Part shown: positions 56,722 to 64,000 of the stretch, piece by piece
How positions within the stretch are numbered: the stretch's first letter is position 1
Layout: each line of letters begins with the position of its first letter
The notes under the pieces: generated by a model
What the model was told of the DNA's origin: nothing
The model's input: only the letters and a program-made list of their open reading frames with translations
Databases searched by the model: none
Source of the DNA: Tubiluchus corallicola
Taxonomy: Eukaryota; Animalia; Priapulida
Length of the DNA: 64,000 bases
Assembly: GCA_030141605.1 (NCBI GenBank)
Contig: JAQGDQ010000323.1
Span: 205,443 to 269,442 of the forward strand
Direction of reading: 5' to 3'
Program-made: the position numbers and the translations under genes

Positions 56722-57153
56722 CTGAAATAAAATTGTGGCAAAATATGATTTCATCACTTTTTGATTATATAGGTTTTTGTGTAAAATACCTTAGCTTGAA
56801 CTTACCAAGCTAGTGTGTAAACCTAGACTTAAAATGGAAAGAAATAACATGATTGGAGGCTTTACGTAGAAGTAAAGTTAGGTAGTAGCAGCTAAACAAA
56901 TTTTTAATATCTTGTCTCAATTTTTTGCTTTTTTAGACAGTTCATCAATAAAGTTGAGGGACCCTCTTAATGAATACCCAGACAATTTTTCTCATAAAAC
57001 TCGTAGATGACGTTTACAGCTAAAATTTTGAATTTATGTGAAATGTGAGTTGCATAACAAAGCATTTCCCTTACCTTCTTCATTTTGTCTTCTAATTAAT
57101 CAGATATTATATTGTACTTATCCTTTGAGTTAATATAATTTAATCATTATAAT

Positions 57154-57425
57154 GTAACGGAAGAACTAAAGGGAAATATTCAAATTAAAAAAGTTAGTTT
57201 GGAATTAATTACTAAGGCAAGAGAAATAGCAAAAGAACTGAATGAAGAAATTTGTATACTGATAGGAAGTAATACCAACATTATGTTTGATGAATTGGCA
57301 AAATATGGAGTTGCTAAAATCTATTCTACAGATAGTCCAAAACTACTCCAATATAATACCGGATGTTATAGCTCTATAATGGTAAGTTTAATCAAAAACT
57401 ATAAACCTAGTGTAATATTATTTCC
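57154..57425 (+). pseudogene. etfA: Inverted N-terminal fragment of bacterial electron transfer flavoprotein alpha subunit
   Basis: VTEE..G..IKKVSLELITKAREIA..ELAKYGVAKIY..DSPKLLQY..KNYKPSVILF is the EtfA/FixB domain I pattern; it lacks its true start and the FAD-binding C-terminus. Confidence 0.75.
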
Positions 57426-57443
57426 TCTTGCCTTGATATATTT

Positions 57444-58232
57444 CTATTTTATAAATTCTTCTCTTCTTAATATTTCCAACATTTTATTTGCAAGTTCCGT
57501 TGGGCTTCCTTGAATTACTTCACCTTTATTTCTGGCTTGTGGTGGATAAATTTTATCAACTCTTGTAGGTGATCCATCAAGCCCTAATTTCTGTGGTTCA
57601 GCATTTACATCATTGGCAGATAAAGTTTCAAATGGTTTGTCTTGTGAGTTAAAAATATCTACAAAAGATGGATAATGTGCTTTATAATCGCTTGGCATGG
57701 TCATTGTTATCAATGCTGGTAGTTCTGACTCCAAAATTTCATATCCAGCATCGATGAGTTTCTTTACAATAGCTTTTCCGCTGGATAGATTCACATCAGT
57801 ACAAAAAGTTACCTGCGGTAAAGATAGATGGTGTGCAATGCCTGGCCCAGTTTGAGCAGTATCTCCATCAATAGCCATTTGACCACATAGTATCAAATCA
57901 TAACTTCCTATTTTCCTTATCGCTTGAGATAATGCATATGATGTAGCCCAAGTATCGCTTCCGGCAAAAGCTCTATCAGAAAGCAAAATACCTTTATCTG
58001 CACCCAAAGCTAAAGCTAATTTAATAACCATTTCAGCTTGCGGAGGCCCCATAGACAAAACAGTAACATTAGCTCCAATACTTTTCTTTAATTTGATGGC
58101 TTGCTCTAATGCATAATGGTCATAAGGGTTTAATATACTTGGCACACCTGCTCTGATTAGTGTTCCTGTTTGTGGATCCACCTTAACTTGTGATGAATCT
58201 GGCACTTGTTTTATACATACTATTATATTCAT
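57444..58232 (-). CDS. etfB: Electron transfer flavoprotein beta subunit (EtfB/FixA)
   Basis: MNIIVCIKQVPD, NPYD..ALE.A, SMGPPQA, DRAFAGSDTWATS, CGQMAIDGDTAQTGP, GLDGSPTRV; Shine-Dalgarno GAGGAG upstream. Confidence 0.95.
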   Translation of the reverse strand: MNIIVCIKQVPDSSQVKVDPQTGTLIRAGVPSILNPYDHYALEQAIKLKKSIGANVTVLSMGPPQAEMVIKLALALGADKGILLSDRAFAGSDTWATSYALSQAIRKIGSYDLILCGQMAIDGDTAQTGPGIAHHLSLPQVTFCTDVNLSSGKAIVKKLIDAGYEILESELPALITMTMPSDYKAHYPSFVDIFNSQDKPFETLSANDVNAEPQKLGLDGSPTRVDKIYPPQARNKGEVIQGSPTELANKMLEILRREEFIK

Positions 58233-58256
58233 AATTTAATTTCTCCTCAAAATGTT

Positions 58257-59897
58257 TTACTTCTTAAATATTTGTCTACATTTTTCTGATATGATATCCA
58301 TATCCGGGATAATACCTTTTTGGCATTCTAATATGGAACTCATCTTTACTTTTTGTTCTAATTCACTAGCAGTTTGTATCCCTGCACCTAAAACTAATTT
58401 TATTCCTTCAGTAGCAATTTCATAAGCAGTTTTTTTTGGCATTAACTTTTGCCATTACCTTTAAGGTATTAGCATCAAATTTGCTACAGGAGCAAACTTA
58501 TTTTCGGCACAATTTGAGAAAATACTTTGCTACTTCCGCTTTTTGCAATTAATTCTCCAGCTTAAAGGTGATATATTGATGTCTAGTAAGTTTTTGTAAT
58601 CTGCATTCTTCCAGTATTATTCCTAAAGCTTTAAGCCCCAAAGCAATAGCATCAGCACCGATAGTGCTATCTTTAGCATGTACAGTATCCATTTCATTCC
58701 CCATATTGACAAAATACTGCCCTCTAGTTTTCAAATGCTCTTGCCATCTGCCACGATAAATAGTCATTTCCATAATCTCATTGGTGCCCTCATATATGCA
58801 AGTTATTTTTACGTCCCTTTTTATCTTTTCTACGGAAAATTCCTTTGTATAGCCGTATCCACCTAATGCTTGAATAGCATGTTCAGAAGCATTATTACCA
58901 GCTTCTGTTGCATAGTATTTTGCAATGGCTCCTTCTGTTTGTAATCCGTGATTATTGTCATCTAGTTTTAAAGCGATATCATCTATATAGGAACGAACAG
59001 CTTCAAACTCTATGAAATGAGGGACAATCAATTTATGCATATATCCTTGTTTTTTTGATAATGTAGAGCCAGCTTGAACTCTCTGTTGAGCATAATTCAT
59101 TGCAACTTCCGATGCCTCTTCTCCTGCCCCCAGCCCAAATGCAGCTACCATAAGTCTTGTATAACCAAATACTGCTTGAGCTTGCAATAAACCTTTTCCT
59201 TCCTCTAATCCGATAAGATTTTCTTTTGGGACGACTACATCCTCCAATGATAGCCCAGCAGTATTTGAAAGACGTATTCCATGTTTATCTTCATGATGAT
59301 CTTGAGTGAAACCTTCAGTATTTTTTTCCACTAGAAACCAGCTTGGCCCTCCGGGAGTTAGGGCTAATATAGTATACAAATCTGCAATGGCTCCATTAGA
59401 AATCCACATTTTGCTACCATTGATTTTGTATCCAGTGACAAGCCATTTTCGTCTTTTATATGTTCAGCTCTTGTTCTAAGAGAAACAAGATCACTTCCTG
59501 CATCGGCTTCTGTCGCTCCATAAGCTACGGGTAAACCTTCTTGTGCGATCTTGGTAAACCATTTTTTCTTTTGCTCTGGGGTGCCACCAACACTCAATGG
59601 ATCGCTACCTAAAAAAGTAGCAAATACTGTCGTTGCAATCCCTAAATCTATGCGTGCCAATGCTTCACAAATGGTATAAATATCCCTAGTACTTCCAGCC
59701 AATCCTCCAAATTCTTGAGGAATTAAAAGCAAATGAACCCCAAGTATATTTGGGTTGTACATTTCCTTAACTAATTCAAAGGGGCATTCATTATTTGCAT
59801 CATGCTCCCTAATAAAATCAAAAGAAATCTTTTGCTTAGCGTATTGAGTTAGACTATCAAGCATTAATGTTCTTGAGGTATTATTTATTTTGGTCAT
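58257..59897 (-). CDS. Acyl-CoA dehydrogenase with C-terminal extension, split by frameshifts into three ORFs
   Basis: [76 protein letters not shown]; frameshifts near 59430 and 58550-58440; GGAG RBS upstream. Confidence 0.9.
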
Positions 59898-60096
59898 ATT
59901 GTCCCGACTCCTTTATCTGACACATTTTGAAATTTCCACATAATACATATTTTAGTATTTTAGCATGTATAAGTCTATGCGAGGAGGTGATATCTGTAAC
60001 TATAAACTTGACATCACTAGCTTTCTTCATCGTATTTTTTGATATAATATTCGTATGATATGCTAGTGTGGTGTTTAGCTAGATTTTTTATAAATT

Positions 60097-60623
60097 ATGG
60101 AAAACAGTAATACTGAAACCTTAGAACCAGATCAGAGTATCCAAGATAATAAAGATAAAGTACTCATCAGCGATGTCGCAAGCCAAAACGATATCAAAGT
60201 TGTAGATGAAGATATTTCAAAGGAAGATCCCATCACTAAGCTAACCAAAAATTATTAAATCAAAATTCACCAGAGAACTTGGATTATGATTTTATTTTAA
60301 ATAAAATTTTAACAAGAGAGCAGGGTATTACTACCACATTGGATACAGGGCTTAGTATCCCTCATGCCAGAATAGAAAATTTAGATAGTTTCCATTGTAC
60401 CATCGCACTAATACCACGAGGCATCAAAGATGAACAAAATGATGTTTCAATTAAGTTAATGTTTTTATTAATCTCACCTAGCAAAAATGAATTTTTTAAA
60501 AAACATCTTAACCTACTTGCACAACTTGCTAAAGTATTTCAAACACATTTCATAGATAAATTGACAACTTTGTCTTCCCAAAAAGATATAATGGGGGAGA
60601 TAGTTAAAATAGAGAAGCTATGA
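60097..60623 (+). CDS. PTS EIIA type-2 (Ntr/fructose-like) domain protein, one frameshift near 60255
   Basis: ILTREQGITTTLDTGLSIPHARI (phospho-His motif), LMFLLISP, HLNLLAQLA; the upstream ATG frame at 60097 supplies the N-terminus. Confidence 0.85.
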
Positions 60624-60655
60624 TTTTTCTTAATGATTAATCAACTTACAAAAAT

Positions 60656-62707
60656 ATGTCAGAAGAAATTATAAGAGACGAAAAACCTCCAAGTATTAAT
60701 CCCAATGATAATAAAAACTCCAAAATGAGAGTTAAACAAGTGGTTATTTTAACCACTGCAATGTTGACTTTTATTCCATTTTGGAAAGCGGCAGCCATTG
60801 TCTTATGTGATTTTGGATCAAGTGCTTTTTATGTGGGGGGGATAGCTATGAATGCTTTTGGACAAGCTTTCCCTTGGTATGTTATTGCTGTTATGTTTTT
60901 TGCTGGAGTGCTACTTGGGGTTTATACAGAATCCTGTTCATTAATATTTGTAAGAGGTGGAGTCTATAGGGTGGTGAAGTCTGGCTTAGGTGATACTTTT
61001 GCTAAAATTTCTGCCGGTGCCATTATGTTTGACTTGTTTTGACTGAACTATAAGCCGAATATCTGCAGGACATTATCTTTCTGGATTAATAAATTCTATT
61101 AGTGATTATTTTGGGCTTGGCATATATGTTCCTCAAAATTTATTTGCTGTTGGATTTGCTGTTTTTATTACACTTTTCTTTTTAGTATCAAAATGTAAAG
61201 GGAAGAAGACTCTAGTGATAAGGCTTTAAGATTATTCTCTTTGCTGTTTTGTGTGCATTGTTCATAGTATGGTCTATTATCACCATAATGATACAGGGTG
61301 CATCCCCGCCGACATTTAAGCTGGAGTTTACGGAAACGTCTTTGGGTTGGGCAAAAAATATAGTTGGATGAAAAACCATTGAGTATTGGTGTTATCATGG
61401 CTTTTGGGCATTCTGTTTTGGCACTTAGTGGGCTTGAAACGATGGCTCAAGTATTTAGAGAAATTCAATACCCCAAAATTATAAACCTTAAAAAAGCAGC
61501 TGTGATTATTTTTATATTTGCATTGATATTCACTGGAGGATTAACATTCTTAGCATCACTTATTGTTCAAACAGATTTGATTGTTTCTCAATACTCTAAG
61601 AACTTATTATCTGGGCTGGCGATGCACTTATGGGGGCCTGAATGGATTAGACTCATAATGCAAAAATATTAGTTGTTTTGCCATGATTATGCTTTTCGAG
61701 CAGTAAATACAGCTATGATAGGATCTAATGGTGTATTAAATAGGGTTGCGGAGGATGGTGTTTTGGTAGATTGGTTTAGGAAACTTCATCCCAAATATGG
61801 AACTACATACAATATCATAAATGTCATAGCGTTTACTCAAATTGGAATCATCATTCTATCTGCGGGTAAAGTGTATCTACTTGGTGAAGCATATGCTTTT
61901 GGAGTATTATGGAGTTTTGTTTTTGAGACTGCCTCAATTATTGCACTTCGTTTTAAACAAAGGGATAGTAAAAGAGAATTTATGTTTCCATTAAACTTTA
62001 AGTTTAAAAACTACAATGTTCCAATTGGAATTATATTAACTTTAATGTTTTTACTTGCTTTAGCTGGAACTAATCTTATCACCAAAAAAGTTGCAACCAT
62101 TTCTGGATTTTCTTTTACATCCGTTCTTTTTATTATTTTCTATATATCGGAGAAGTTAAATGTTAAAAGAGCAAATGAAATGTTTGAGAAGGGACATAGA
62201 GAGGAAATTAATACCCAAGATGTTGAAACTTTGACAGATGTTTTGGCGGATATAACTCAAGAGAAAAAAATTTTGGTAGCAGTAAAAAATGTCAATAATT
62301 TCTATCACCTAAATTATATACTGAAAAATATACAAAAGGAAAAACTTGGAATAGTTGTTCTATATGCCAAGCCTCTTAAAGAAGAGGTGTTTGGTAAAAG
62401 TGTCCACTATTATCCTACTGATGAAAATGAAATTTTTACTAAAGTAGTTTTAACTGCAGAGAAATATGGCCATAGTGTAAGGCCATTAATGGTCCATGCG
62501 AGTGACCCTTTTTATGCCATAACAGAAGTAGCACGTGCAATGAAAGCAAGCGAAATTGTTATGGGTGTTTCTGGATCACATGGAGCTAATAATCAGTTTG
62601 AGAGATTGGCTATGGCTTGGGGTGTTTTTAGTGAACAAGAATTACCGCATGGCGTTATAGCAAGGATTATATGGGAAGGGAGAGAAGTTTCTTATAGTTT
62701 GGGTTAA
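60656..62707 (+). CDS. APC-superfamily permease (KimA/YdaO-like) with C-terminal USP-like domain, frameshifted
   Basis: AAAIVLCDFGSSAFY, RGGVYRVVK..LG, ALSGLETMAQ, AVNTAMIG, LLGEAYAFGV, multiple TM segments; soluble tail KILVAVKN..IVVLYAK..AITEVARAMKASEIVMGVS. Frameshifts near 61040-61360 and 61670. Confidence 0.8.
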
Positions 62708-62866
62708 TGTAATTTATAGCGATATTTATAATCCTATTATGTCTCACCATATCTTCACACGCCTATTTGGTACTTGAAAAAATTTATTTTGTTACTATCA
62801 CTATCAATATGTCGTTATAGCTATTGTTACTATAGTTATGGCGTAAAATAGAATAAGGTGGGAATA

Positions 62867-64000
62867 ATGATGAAAAAGATAATAACAATGATAGTGCTTG
62901 TGCTGTGTGCATCAAGTATTGTTTTTTGCCAGAATTCTGCAAGGAGTTATTTTTCCTTAGATCCTGGACTACCTGGCGCTATTATTAATCATAAAAAGGA
63001 TCTTATTGATGAATTTTTACAAGAGAAGGATCATTCTCCTATAGTAGTGTGCATGCCATCAGATTATGAACGCCATGATGATCCTGAATATAATAATGAC
63101 AATAATCCTTCGCCGTCGTACAGGGAAAAAAGGCGGGCAAGAATAGAGAGACACCAATTATGGTTTTCTAAGCTTGACGAATCGTTTGATGCGTTTCTAG
63201 GACCTGCTTTAGCACATCAAGTTGAAAATATGATTGAAGGAACATCAGAGGCGATACATGATATTTTAGAATGTACTTATATAATACCACTACTAATTGA
63301 GCCATGGTATTCTTTGAATAATGATTTGAGAAGTAAGTGGAGGTATATGATAGTGTATGTAGTAATATTGCAGAAGAATGTAAAGATCCTTTTGTGTCTT
63401 TAGGGGTTACTGCAGTGGAATCCATTATTTATGTGAAAATACTAGGTAATATTAATAAAGTGATGCAGATAGAAAGAAAATCTACTACAAACCCTAAAAA
63501 ACCTCCTGCTCAGCATCCAGCAACAAAACCTAAGAACCCTACAAATACAAACAAGACTGGTCAAGCAACAAAACCTAAGAAACCTACAAATACAAACAAG
63601 ACTGGTCAAGCAACAAAACCTAAGAAACCTACAACTACAGAGTCTGCAACTGTAAACAAGACTGGTCAAGCAACAAAACCTAAGAACCCTACAAATACAA
63701 ACAAGACTGGTCAAGCAACAAAACCTAAGAAACCTACAACTACAGAGTCTGCAACTGTAAACAAGACTGGTCAAGCAACAAAACCTAAGAACCCTACAAA
63801 TACAAACAAGACTGGTCAAGCAACAAAACCTAAGAAACCTACAACTACAGAGTCTGCAACTGTAAACAAGACTGGTCAAGCAACAAAACCTAAGAACCCT
63901 ACAAATACAAACAAGACTGGTCAAGCAACAAAACCTAAGAAACCTACAACTACAGAGTCTGCAACTGTAAACAAGACTGGTCAAGCAACAAAACCTAAGA
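62867..64000 (+). CDS. Putative secreted/surface bacterial protein with Thr/Lys/Pro-rich C-terminal repeats; frameshift near 63335; runs off the window
   Basis: Signal peptide MMKKIITMIVLVLCASSIVFC; a second frame open from ~63337 to the window end reads ..IERKSTTNPKKPPAQHP(ATKPKNPTNTNKTGQ/ATKPKKPTTTESATVNKTGQ)n. Confidence 0.65.
63520..64000 (+). repeat. Coding tandem repeat with 45-bp and 60-bp units alternating as a 105-bp higher-order repeat
   Basis: Unit lengths are multiples of 3; order A-A'-B-A-B-A-B-A-B; copies near identical. Confidence 0.95.

Noticed and set aside
57426-57513. C-terminal part of ORF 57199-57513 as genuine protein
   Set aside because: It is read-through past the inversion breakpoint into the antisense strand of etfB.
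60008-60050. Sigma70 promoter (TTGACA ... TATAAT)
   Set aside because: The two hexamers are 31 nt apart, far from the 16-18 nt spacing, so no confident call.
63442-63984. Cys-rich - strand ORF, or a CRISPR-like array
   Set aside because: The ORF is the antisense shadow of the + strand T/K/P repeat; the apparent spacers recur identically and unit lengths are multiples of 3.

Overview
The window is a composite of two kinds of DNA. Positions 1 to ~56.7 kb are AT-rich, intron-containing animal (invertebrate-like) DNA with microsatellites, minisatellites, MITEs and tRNA/5S-derived SINEs. By hand-splicing GT-AG exons with consistent phases I recover a divergent ionotropic glutamate receptor (-), a 4-Ig single-pass membrane protein (+) and the orphan last two exons of a TTLL paralogue (-). 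I also recover a complete 14-exon TTLL4-derived ATP-grasp ligase (+), a Ly6/uPAR three-finger protein (-) and a trypsin-like protease (-) whose 5' exons are missing. From ~56.8-57.15 kb to the end the DNA is gene-dense, intronless and bacterial: an inverted etfA fragment, etfB, an acyl-CoA dehydrogenase, a PTS EIIA protein, an APC permease with a USP-like tail and a repeat-rich secreted protein. Many of these bacterial genes carry frameshifts. The strongest candidate for new biology is the TTLL4-like gene. It appears to have gained a signal peptide and N-glycosylation sequons, keeps the ATP/Mg catalytic core and has lost most glutamate-specificity residues, suggesting a secretory-pathway peptide ligase with unknown substrate. 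Family assignments rest on motif recognition from memory; no database searches were run.
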